Of a stretch of 64,000 nt of DNA, positions 49,001-64,000 are shown piece after piece. The DNA comes from Zygnema circumcarinatum SAG 698-1b. Its lineage: Eukaryota > Plantae > Zygnematophyceae. The translations under genes were made by a program, and so were the position numbers. The stretch is taken from the NCBI GenBank assembly GCA_037447605.1, contig CM074819.1:2159580-2223579 (forward strand), written 5' to 3'. The notes under the pieces are model-generated. The model was not told where the DNA came from, ran no database searches, and saw nothing but the letters and a program-made list of their open reading frames with translations. Numbering within the stretch: position 1 is the stretch's first letter; each line of letters starts with the position of its first letter.

Positions 49001-52000
49001 ATCTTTGAGCGGGCAATTCCCGCCATCCTTCCATTTCCAGCTTTATGTGTTCCATTTCCCCCATCTTGCAACCCCGACTCAACAAATTCAAATTTCCTTG
49101 CAGCCAATCTTTGCCGAATTTTCTTAATCCGCCGCTTTTGAACGACCGGTGCAATTGCTCGCCGATCCTTTTTTCCATCACTTGAGCTGCTCTCTCCACT
49201 CTCTTTTCCCCCACTCTGACCCCTTAACCTTCCTTCAATACTGGAAGACCGCCGCCTGCCACCTGGCGAGCCACGATAGGTCGGATCTGCGGTAGAGGCA
49301 CTTCCGGTGTGCCTCCGTCCAGCCACGTCAGGTGAATCGCAGCGTCTCCGTTCCGTTGCGTCTGACGGAGCAGCTCGTTCACGGATAACGCTCAGATAGA
49401 GTTGCCTTCGTGCTTCACTATGCTGCAGACGCTCAAGGAGACGCTGGGCCATAAGGGCTGCCTCTTCCTGAAAAAGGGAGGGGAGGGAGGGGAGGGNNNN
49501 NNNNNNGAGGGAGGGGAGGGAAGGGAGGGAGGGAGGGAGGAAGGGAGGGAGGGAGGGAGGGACGGATATTTAGAGGTGATTTTTTATCGCTATAATCTCG
49601 TGCTTTTAGAATCTCACATACACGGAGAGAGAGAGAGTGAGAGTTCTGTACCTTCTGGGCTTTCACTCTCTCCTCCTTCTTCCTTGCCGCTTCCAAAGCA
49701 CGAGCCTCTCTTTGCGCAGCTCCCGCTCTCCTCTCCTCCTCCCTGCGGGAGAGAGCCTCCTCCTTCTTCTTCTGAGCTTCAGCAATCTTCTGTTGCCTCT
49801 CTGCTTCAAGCTGCTTTCTCCTCTCCAAAGCTGCCTCTTCTCGGGCACCGTCTTCCCTCTGCTTTTGTCGCAAACTTTGAAGCCGACCGAGTCTGCGAGC
49901 TTCAGAGTTCTGCCAGTTCATAGTAAAATTCAACCAGAAAATAGGTATCACATGAGAATGCCAAAAATGACCACAAAACCTGGTATTGTACCAACATGAA
50001 CTCTCAGAAACTCTAAAATTCCCTTCTCAAGAAACTGCCCTTCTGAAAGCTTCACGCATCAGCAACTTTTTCACTCCTGCAAACCCGTGAATGCAGCTCA
50101 TTCCCCTCTCACGAAAACCCACAAAATTCTCTTGATCTCAAAATTCGAGAGATCTCAAGATCAGGATCGAGATTCTCAAGATTCTTTAACTCAAGATTCT
50201 CAAAATTCTTTAAACCCCACCTTCGGAGCCTTCCTTCACATACCTCCAGCTTCTGCTGTAGGGAGAGTTTCCTATTCTCATCGCTCAGACTCATAATGAA
50301 GCGAACTTCATTCACTTTGCTGCTCTCATCTCCCGCACGGCGAACTCTCTCTGCAAGATGTGCTTCGTGACGCGCGTCACCATCCTGCTGCCTCCTCTGC
50401 ATCCCCTCTCGCAGTCTCCTCCTTCTCACTGCCTGCCATTCACTCACCCTACCACCCTTATACTTTACAATCAGGGGCTAAAGCAGAAACAGCAGAAGAT
50501 TTTGTCTCGTGAGTTGGTGTTTTGGTCTTCTGGTCGATAGGGCAAGTGGGGTTGAATTTCAGGGGCTATAATCACTCACCCTACCACCCCTCTACTTTAC
50601 AATCAGGGGCTAAAGAAGAAACAGCATATGACTTTGTCTCGTGAGTTCGTCTTTGAGGTCGTCTGGTCGATAGGGCAACTGGGGTTGACTTTCAGGGGCT
50701 ATGAACACCTAGATACAGGCAAAAGTGCAAACATCAAATTCTACTTCGTAGCTTGTCACAGGATTGGGATTGAAGCAAATAAGAGTAGAAGCTAATATTT
50801 ACCACAGAAAGCAGAATAACATTAGCTCTCACCTGCGCAATCTCTCTGTAGACCTCTGAAGTCGTTGCTGCCTCTCATCGTTCATCTCCTGCCGCGACCT
50901 CGACGCACGGAGCAACTTTTCATCCACTTCCTGCATCCCTGAGCATTGGGGAAGAGTTTGGCGACGTAAACTTTGAAAGCCGACAACAGCTACTACTCTG
51001 TTCAAGCTTAACATATGCACTCTTTTGCAGCAGATATCTGCAAAAAGCGTTCAGGAATTTATGGGGTTTTTTTCGGGGTTATTATTATGTTTTCTTTCCT
51101 TTTTGGCATACCTTCTGCGTTTCCAAAGGAGTCTTCTTCTTTCTGTTAGGTGACATGAACTTCTCATGCAACCTCTGGAAACTTTCTGCATTTCTCTGCT
51201 TCCGTGCCGAGAAAGAGGAGAGTGCTGTTCTGCTGAGAGGGCCAATCACCCCCTTTCCACTCTTTGGCTGCGTTGTGTTCGCGGCTGCGGCTACCAAAAT
51301 ATCGACCCAACTCTTCTTTTCTCTCCATGGAAGTCCCTTGCCATCGACAAAGGAAGATCCATTAATTTCCTCTACAACAGAACCTGCTGTTAGTTGCTGC
51401 TCTTTACTGACTGCCTCCTTCTCTCCATGACTCTTTGATCCTATATCTCTCTTTCGTCTTGCTTTTGGCTTCTCCTCATTGCATGTGGCTTTAGGTGTTC
51501 CAATTTTCAACTTTACATCACCCACTAGTTGAGATACATCCTGAAGGTCTTCTCCTTTCCTCCTCTCTCCTTCTTCTCCCTCCTCTTCTCCTCCTCTTTT
51601 CGAGCCCTCGCCGCACTTACCAGCATCAACAGAAGCTGAAGACCGGCTTCCACTATTCTCCTCCTTGTTAGCTATTGTATCTACCACATCGCTGCTGCTG
51701 TTTATTTCCAAACTTAACCTCTTCTCCATGCCCGCGTCATCCCCACACCTTTCTTCGTCCATATTAGAATTTTGCTGGAGTTTAGATTCCAAAGCTTCTA
51801 GTTCTTGAACAGTTTGAGATTGTGCACCTAAATCACTCTCCTCTATCTCCCCATTTAGAACCACTCGTCTGCATGCTGTTCCTCCACAGTTTTCAATGTT
51901 TTCTAGGTTTTTTCTCTCATTCTCCTTGTCAAAAAAGACCAATTCATTGTCATCACCATTCACTCTATCCCCTCCTGCTTTGACCTCCTCCTTGACTCCA

Positions 52001-53533
52001 CCTCCAAGACCCCCATTCGCCACTTCCAAGCATAAAGTCATAGTCTCAGTCTCTCCCACTCTTTTCTTGGCTGTATCTCTTCCAACTTCAGGCGAACCTT
52101 CCAGACTTTCTGCATCCTCTCTCGCCTTCCCCACTTGAATTTCTGGACATTTTTCCAATTGGTCTCCCTCCTTCCTCTCACAATTCGTCCCCTTGTCTCT
52201 CTTCCGCTCCTCACCTTTCATACATACATCGCCAGAAATTATTCCATTAGCATAGTTTTGTGCTTCAACATGGTTGGGCTCAGCAATAGATTTGAACTGG
52301 TTCAGCCCAGTATCGGGAGCACTTTGGGAAGACTTGTCTTCTTTTAAAGAGTCGACAATATGTAAAGTCTCCGCATTTGCATCTTCATGCTGAACCTTCG
52401 CAGCTTTTCTTCTCTGCGTTCTCAAAGAGTCCAACTTCTCAGAATATTTTCCCAAATGACGTGTTCGCAAAGCTTGAAGTGAAGCTGAAACCACTGTAGC
52501 TCTCTGTGGCGATCCTGCAATCCGGCGAACCTGTTCACAGAAACGCAGCAAATAACTTATGAACAAAGCGCACAGAAGTGCTACATCAATAAAATTACAA
52601 GGAGTAAATTAACAGCTCACAAGAACTCAAAGATAAGGTACAAAGGTTTCGCAATTTCCATCTATTCAAAAAGGTCAGGGAGATAGAGAGAAGAGGAGGA
52701 TCCCGACGTACTCTAAAGCAAGTTCACGGTATTAAGGATGTGAATCTCACCTCCCACGCAAGCGCCTGCCGCCTTTTCTGCTCCGCAGAAGTAGCGAGCT
52801 TCTTCTCGGCAGCATTCATGGCTGCTTTTGCAGGGCCTTCTGCCTCCCTTTCCAAGTCATCACTAGATCCTAAAGGTGACGACTCCTCCAACTTCTCATG
52901 TGCAGCTACACGCTCCTGTAGCCAAACAAAGAGCACATTTTTGCCAAGCATAAACTATTCAATTTAGCTTGAGCAAAGAGCCCGTCATTAGAACCTTCAC
53001 AACCCTGAACAGCTCACTCTATACCTCTCTCTCCCATGCTGCAAACCAGCACTTATACTTTGAATGACATGAACATTAAATTGGACATGAACATTATTAA
53101 GATCATCATATTCAGTCTTTTTTTTCAGCCGCATCCATACTCTGAGCTCAGAAAAGTCCGCCTCTGCTTCCGCGAGCAGGGTGAGCGCCTCTCCGATGTG
53201 CATTGCATCCGACTCGAGCTCACAGAGAAGGTATATCTCGTCCACTGCCCGCTCCAAGCTGCCGAATAAGTGATCCCAAAGGCGCTGCCGGAAGCTCTCT
53301 CTCCCCTCCGCACTATCAAGCTCCTCCCACTCTTCCCACAGCTGCAGACTCCTTGTCGGCGCGCTATCACCATGGTGCAGTGTCTGCTCGGATGCTCTCC
53401 CTCTAGACTCACTCTCTCGTACTCCTTCCTCTCTTCCTCCTCCTTCTCCTTCTCCTCCTGCTGCTGCTGCTTTCGGAGAAGCTACAAGCTCCGGAGTCTC
53501 TCCGCCCGCTATATCTGCATTCTCCTTCTCCAT
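46056..53533 (-). CDS. SCAPER: SCAPER-like protein (S-phase cyclin A-associated protein in the ER), multi-exon
   Basis: FRQRLWDHLFGSLERAVDEIYLLCELE, LAWEV, LHEKFMSP, EWQAVR..RHEAHL..RRAGDESSKVNEVRFI, KRRIKKIRQRL, LRWGKNPTILHKLIDLPFIYF. Confidence 0.85.
50441..50702. repeat. 132-bp tandem duplication at a SCAPER intron/exon boundary
   Basis: Copies start at 50441 and 50573 (CACTCACCCTACCACCC..TACTTTACAATCAGGGGCTAAAG..TTTGTCTCGTGAGTT..TGGTCGATAGGGCAA..TTTCAGGGGCTAT). Confidence 0.92.
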
Positions 53534-54692
53534 TCTGCATAGGGAAGGAGCGCTGGAACTACATCAAGCTTCAAGCATAGTCGCCTTCCTCCTCTTCCTT
53601 CTCCTCCTCCTCCACCCTGCCATTGCTGAAGTTCTCGCTTGCCCTTGTCCCGTCCATGGCGGATTTTCAAACCATAGTTCTTCAGACCCTAACCCTAACC
53701 CTAATTTTGCCACAAGTTTGGAGTAGAATCGCGGGTCCGTCAATTTTTTTCACAAAAAAAAAAAAAAATCGCAGAATTCGGTTATAGATGTTTTAGGGTT
53801 TTTAGGCTTCTGTCTCCTGAGTTAGTGCTGAAGGTGCCAACCGCTTTGCCGCTTGTCAAGGATCCCACCATTTTCAGCAGGCTGTATATTAAAACTTTAG
53901 AAATTTTCGCTGGTTTTTCATTTTACCTTTAGAGAGGGATGTTCCATTCTTGAAGTTTCGTGAAACAGTTACAAATGAGTCGATGGTGTTAGCTCGTCTT
54001 TGGTGCAATCTCTTTTAGTATCATCGGTGAAGGGAATCCTCAGTGCTTTAGTTACCTGACAGGCAGAACTTCTGACCTTCAATGCTTTCAGCAAGGGATT
54101 GCTGTGCAGAATCATGGCTTGAAAGAAGGCCAACTAATTTCTTTTTATTCTGGTTATTTTAACTAATTCATACCTTCCTTTTGCGCTTCACCAGTTGTCT
54201 GATAAACCAAATGTAGCTGGAAGATGAGATACACAATTCATCTATTGATTTTGTCAAATTGGATGAAGATTACGATTAAGATTGGATTAAGAGGCTCTGG
54301 CGATGCTTCCAGGGTTACATCCGGTATGACCACTTTCAAACTGAGCCGTTTTACCGAGGAGTTTACATTGTCTGATTGTTAGTAGGGTTTTTGTCCATCC
54401 TGCTCAATGGGAGGAAAGGCTGCAACCACACTCTGAAGTTGATTTCAAAGTCAAAAACAAACCAAAGCGGAAACCAAGGGCAAAAGTTCGGCTACAGTTT
54501 TCCATACGACCTGACTAAGAACGAAGCTCTCAGAAAGCTCCAGCGCTAAGCAAATAGGCACTCTTACAGACCAACTCACATAATAAACAGGTTAGAGCTA
54601 AGCAGACTCCCCAGGCTGCACATACAGATACCCAATATTCCACCACCGGCTCAAACCCTACTTTCTGGGTTTTCTAACGGTCCTACAGCCCA

Positions 54693-59363
<4,671 letters not shown>

Positions 59364-59565
59364 GGCTTCCGCTTGCCTCTCCTATATTCCAACACCTGGC
59401 CCTCGCAGCAGGGCCACCACCGGCAGCAGACGGAGTCCTAATTCCCCTCCCCTCCTGCAGCCTCCTCCTCCTCTGAGCTCTACGCTTGCGCATCCATGGC
59501 TGCCTCTCCTCCAAGCTCTCCTCCTTCCAAGATTCCTCCCCTGGCTCAGAAACCAGGAGGGAGTC

Positions 59566-59770
59566 GTACGAACACGTACGAACCAGTACAAAATAGTACA
59601 AGTGTGTCCAAGAATAGTACGAAACTGTACGAACGTGCCCTGCTCGTGGCTGGGCTTCGCCCGGCCACAGGGGCCCCGGGAAAGCCGGGCAATTAGGGCT
59701 GACATGGCGTGCCGAAATGGCTATTATCCACTACAGTACTGTACTGGTGCCGTGCCGTACGCAATTGTAC
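59566..59770. promoter_or_regulatory. Ten GTAC cores, the first six helically phased, in the GGAT/TTC38 divergent promoter
   Basis: GTAC at 59566, 59576, 59586, 59596, 59617, 59627, 59736, 59741, 59757, 59767. Confidence 0.5.
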
Positions 59771-59973
59771 GGTCACCATTCATTTTCTAGTTCAGTTTTA
59801 ACTGGAAATGGTTTTGACTGGATAACGACATTTGGAACGGAGCTGTGCATGTGAAGGGCCGGAGGACCAGTAGGACTGGCACGTGTGGCGTTTGTGACTG
59901 CAGGCAGGCCCTTTGGACTCGCTTCTGGTATTCAACCCGCGTCGAGGGGACCGTGCCTGCTGCACCGCCGGCC

Positions 59974-61632
59974 ATGGGTGAGCAGGAGCAGGAGGCGGAG
60001 GCGGAGGAGGAGGAGGAGGAGGAGGAGGAGGAGGAGGAGGAGGAGGAGGAGGAGAATGAGATGGTGAAGGAGGAGGAGGAGAAGGAGATGGTGAAGGAGA
60101 AGGAGGAGAAGGAGGAGGAGCAGCAGGAGGAGGAGGAGGAGAAGGAGATGGTGAAGGAGAAGGAGGAGAAGGAGGAGGAGCAGCAGGAGGAGGAGGAGGA
60201 GAAGGAGAAGGAGGAGTCGGTGTTGGACTCGCGAGCCATGGCGTGTGTGCGCTCCTCGTCTGCAGCCTGCCTGGCCAACATCGAGGCCTTCGCCCTGGAG
60301 GTTCTGAGCTACGGCGCGGGCGCGGGCGTGGCGTTGGAGGCGGCGGCAGCGGACCCCGAGTGCGTGCTTGCCAACGCCACGGCCGCGAGCTACCTCCTCG
60401 CGTGTCAGCGCGGCCGCCGCCGTCGCCAGGCGGGCCCGTACCTTGACGCGGCGGCAGAGCACCTCGCGAAGGGGACGGAGTATGAGCAGCTCGTGTCTCG
60501 CGCGGTGGCGGCGTGGGCGGCCGCCTCTTGGGAGGAAGCCATGGCGCTGCACCTCCAGTTGGCAGTACGTTTTCCTCGCGACCTGCTCTCAGTGAAGCGT
60601 GGGCAGACGCTGTGCTTCTACTTGGGCCGCAGCCGCGAGATGCTCGACCTTGCGCTGCAAGTGCTGCCCTTCAACCGCGGGCGGCCGTATATGCACGGCC
60701 TGCTAGCCTTCGCGCTGCTCGAGGGGGGCCGGCTAGAGGAGGCCGAGGTCGCAGCGCGTGCGGCAGCGCCCACCGACGTGTGGGCGCAGCACGCGCTTCT
60801 ACATGTACTACACGAGAAGTGCAGCTTCACTGAGGCTTTGCGCGTTTCCTCGCAGTGGGCTCCTTCTTGGAAGCGTTGTGGCCCTTTCTTGTACACCCAC
60901 ATCTGGTGGCACGTGGCGCTCTGCCACTTGGAGCGCGCGCGAGCGGGGGCGGTGGAGGCCGCCCTCACGCTCTACGACACGCACGTCTGGCGGCCAGAAA
61001 AGGGGAACACGAGCAACCCTCTGGTACAGCTAAACGCCGTAGCTTTTCTGTTGAAGCTCGACTTGAGAGGGCATAAGCAGAGCGTTGATGCGCGGCTCAG
61101 CAGTGTGTGCCGGGACTTGGAGGACGAGAAGTCGTGGCATCGGGACCTGCTCCTGGACCTGCTCACCGCCTGGGCGCTCGCTCGCTTCCACGGTCGGCCG
61201 TCCGCGTCCGCAGCGCTTCTGGCCAGCCTTGAGAGCCTATTGCTTGACATGCCATTGGATCGGAGGGAAGCGCTGCAGCCTGTCCTCCTACCAGCGGCGA
61301 GGGCCATGGCTTCATTCGGTGGGGGGGATTATGAGGGGCTTTGCAGACTGCATCCATTCAGCCTTTCTGCGAAACAGCTCAAGCCTGTTGGCGGCTCCAA
61401 CGAGCAGTTGGACATTTTTGAGGAGCTCCTCTGTGTGGCGGCAGTCAGAGCGAAGCAGTGGCAGGAGGCCATGAAGCTTCTGGAGAAGAGAGTGGCGAGC
61501 AGGCCCGAAGTACCGTTCACATGGAGCCTGCTCGAAGATGCCTACGCCGGTTTAGGGTTGCAGGCAAGTGACAGAGCCGAGCAGACCAGGCGGCCCTCTG
61601 AACAGGAGAGGCGGCGCGTCGCTGCAAGCTAG
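59974..61632 (+). CDS. TTC38: TPR repeat protein 38 homolog, intronless, with Glu-rich N-terminal extension
   Basis: EVLSYG..DPECVLAN, RFPRDLLSVKRGQTLCFYLG, YMHGLLAFALLEGG, DVWAQHALLHV, FLYTHIWWHVALCHLE, GGSNEQLDIFEE. ATG is in GCCATGG context. An alternative start lies at about 60238. Confidence 0.88.
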   Translation: MGEQEQEAEAEEEEEEEEEEEEEEEEENEMVKEEEEKEMVKEKEEKEEEQQEEEEEKEMVKEKEEKEEEQQEEEEEKEKEESVLDSRAMACVRSSSAACLANIEAFALEVLSYGAGAGVALEAAAADPECVLANATAASYLLACQRGRRRRQAGPYLDAAAEHLAKGTEYEQLVSRAVAAWAAASWEEAMALHLQLAVRFPRDLLSVKRGQTLCFYLGRSREMLDLALQVLPFNRGRPYMHGLLAFALLEGGRLEEAEVAARAAAPTDVWAQHALLHVLHEKCSFTEALRVSSQWAPSWKRCGPFLYTHIWWHVALCHLERARAGAVEAALTLYDTHVWRPEKGNTSNPLVQLNAVAFLLKLDLRGHKQSVDARLSSVCRDLEDEKSWHRDLLLDLLTAWALARFHGRPSASAALLASLESLLLDMPLDRREALQPVLLPAARAMASFGGGDYEGLCRLHPFSLSAKQLKPVGGSNEQLDIFEELLCVAAVRAKQWQEAMKLLEKRVASRPEVPFTWSLLEDAYAGLGLQASDRAEQTRRPSEQERRRVAAS

Positions 61633-62480
61633 AGCCAAGCGCAGCGCCTTCCGCGGCAATAATGCATCTGTGCCATTCTTTTGCGCAACCTATTTTGCCT
61701 TCCGGAGGAAACGCTTTTGAGAGGGCGGGGCGAAGTTGCCGAGTGGCGATCATTTGCCAAAGTTATTTTTGTGGAAGGGGGTCGCTTCCACCTTTGAACA
61801 AAGGCTCGCAGCTGTACATACTGCATTGAGTAAGTAACAGCGCGCAGGGAGGATTGCTTCTATCGACAGATTGCTTCTATCGACAGCACCCTTCCGTCGC
61901 CCTTCAGTTTTGCCCTCCTCGCTTCTCCGCTCCTTCGGCTCGTAGTTGGTGAACTAGGCGGCCGGCCGGCGGACTTCCGCCGCTCCCTCCCTCCCTCCCT
62001 CCTCCTTCCTCCTCTCGCTGCCTCCTTGAAGCGTTGTTGAGCCTAGAGCCTAGGCGTAGCTTAGCTTTATTCTATTATCCTTAGGTCCTTTGCGACCAGT
62101 TCCTCGTGGTTCCCCACGCTGATTTTGTCAATGTACATCTGATAGCATCGCCATCGTGAGATCAATGTTACATCTTTTGCTTTTTTAAATTGAAAATGGA
62201 TATGGAGTCCTCACAACCAGGGCTTTCTGAATATCAAAGGTGACCTTAATCGGAGCATGTTTGGTACAAACTTATGTAAAGTGCCAAAAAGGAAAGTTCT
62301 ACCTTGTATGGGTAAACCCGGTGTTAATGCAACAAGCTTTGACAAAATATCAATACATTCATTAAGCATTCGACAAAAAAGTGCCAAGTTTATACGAGAG
62401 CACTCTAATCGACCTCTCCGACTTGATAAATTTTTCCCCACACATGATAGGTAGTGAGCCAATCACAGCTCATCATCACC

Positions 62481-63717
62481 TCATTGCAGGTACAAAAACT
62501 TTTGTAGCGATTGAAGAAGGCTTGGCGGCCAATGCCTCGTTTCTGAAACCCATTCTAAATTAGTATACCGCTTGTCGAGCAATGTGGCGAGCGTGAATTG
62601 CTGCTCAGCAGGCCTCAAGGCGTGCTTGTCCGTGTACAGGGCTGCGGCCAATGCAGCATGAACCTCTGCAGGAGACGAACGAGAACCTCGACATCATTCT
62701 GGTTGTGGAGTCAACCTTACACACATGACATGCTTCCTCTCGTCAAATGGCATAAGAACTGCACTGCCAATATGAGATGTCAAAGCATGAATGTGATAAA
62801 CAACCGCCTTCGATGCTGGTGAAACTTGAACTTATCTGCTCACCTGGATAACCCTTCAAGTCAAGGCTCATGTCCTCCATCTCGAGGATTGCCTGTGTCC
62901 GGTCTCCGACCTCATAGAGCATCACTGCTCGGCCCACGCGAGCATATGCGGCAAGAGCGAGGTCCCCATTCTGTTCGACTACCTGAAAGGGAGGGAGGAG
63001 GAGGGAAAGGAGAGAGTGCGTTTGCTTAATGTAGTCCCTTGAAGAAAGCATCGCCCTGCTCTCCTCTCCTGTTCTTTCTCCTGAGCATAACATTCGCATC
63101 TGTAATCTATTCACCATAATCACCACCATAATCTTCAAGTAAACTTACTCCTTTTTCCATTATAGAAGCCTGTAAAATTATTTCAGCTCAGGTACCTGAG
63201 AGAAGAGATCCAACGCTTGAGCATATTTCCCTTCTGCTTGCGCTTCCTTCCCTCTCTCCAACGTTTCAATAGCCCTTGAAACTCTTGATGCGAACGCTTC
63301 ACTGTACGCCCTCTCATCCTCTGAAACCGGATCATATGCATATGCTCTCCTGACAACTTCTGCCCTTTCTCGCATTTCTCCAAACGCAGGAGCTGCAGAA
63401 GAAGCTAACAATGCTGCTCCCACGCAGAGAATAAGAAAGGCAGGTTTTACAGGGCCCTGAGAATCCTCTGAATGCCAACGAGCAGAAGGTACTCGTACTG
63501 AACTTCCAGGCACATTGCTGGCAAGGCAGCCTTTCCCTAAATGCTGCACTCCTGCAGAGAAGAGATTTTTTCTACTGTTTGACAACGGCATGTTTGCTTC
63601 GCGATGTCTAAATTGCAAGGAGGAGCTCATGTTAGGGTGGAGTAAGAGCTTCTTGCTGTGACTAAGTGAAAGAGGCTGGAGTGGTTTCGAGCTTGATATG
63701 GCTGACATTGTTGCCAT
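62481..63717 (-). CDS. Plastid-targeted TPR-like protein (conserved plant family), 3 exons
   Basis: Ser-rich transit-like N-terminus; YDPVSEDERAYSEAFASRVSRAIETLERGK / AYARVGRAVMLYEVGDR..EMED..LKGYPE|VHAALAAALY.DKHA..QFTLATLLD..Y..L.WV..TRHWPPSL. Confidence 0.85.
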
Positions 63718-64000
63718 ACTGCGAAGCAGAAAGAGGTGGAGAGAACGGTCAAGCCGACTGCAGGGCCTGCTTCAAAGCAGTCTCTCGTCCTCTCTAGACA
63801 GCATTTAAAAAAAAATAATAACAAAAAAAATCGAGAGCTGCAGGATAATTTCAATAGAATTGCACGCCAGCGAGATATCACATTTGAGCTCAAAAAATAA
63901 ATAAATTAAGCAACCAGCAGAAGAACTTGGTGAGCCCCTTGCAGGGGCAGAGCACAGGCCTGCAAATTGCAGGAGCTGGTCACAAGTGTTCTCAACATAG

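Noticed and set aside
59932-60552. Antisense poly-Leu ORF resembling a membrane protein
   Set aside because: It is the reverse complement of the GAG-repeat region of TTC38.
61853-61886. 17-bp direct duplication ATTGCTTCTATCGACAG x2 as a transposon footprint
   Set aside because: No associated element. It is compatible with simple slippage.

Overview
Eukaryotic nuclear DNA from an intron-rich green plant lineage. A streptophyte alga is most likely; this is inferred from land-plant-like proteins, short GT-AG introns full of CT/GA microsatellites, and an intronless mitochondrial nad5 fragment. The six-frame ORF track is mostly exon fragments and low-complexity noise, so gene models were rebuilt by hand from splice sites. 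In order the window holds: a nad5 NUMT; a spliced, secreted double L-type lectin with an Arg/Pro-rich tail; a decayed Ty3/gypsy LTR element cut by an assembly gap; JMJ20/JMJD4; ZCCHC8-like; D-cysteine desulfhydrase; MED4; an F-box/Kelch gene; PRMT6; an orphan repeat/coiled-coil gene with six SUMO consensus sites; a type I H+-PPase; SCAPER-like; peroxisomal GGAT; an intronless TTC38; and a plastid-type TPR protein. No tRNA, rRNA or CRISPR features could be supported. The most unusual items are the Cys-rich tandem lectin with its (xRRPPPRRPPP)n tail and the orphan nuclear-looking protein with a helically phased TGCGACG array upstream. Also notable are phased GTAC clusters in two divergent promoters, a triple ERSE cluster, and two tandem duplications that copy 3' splice sites.
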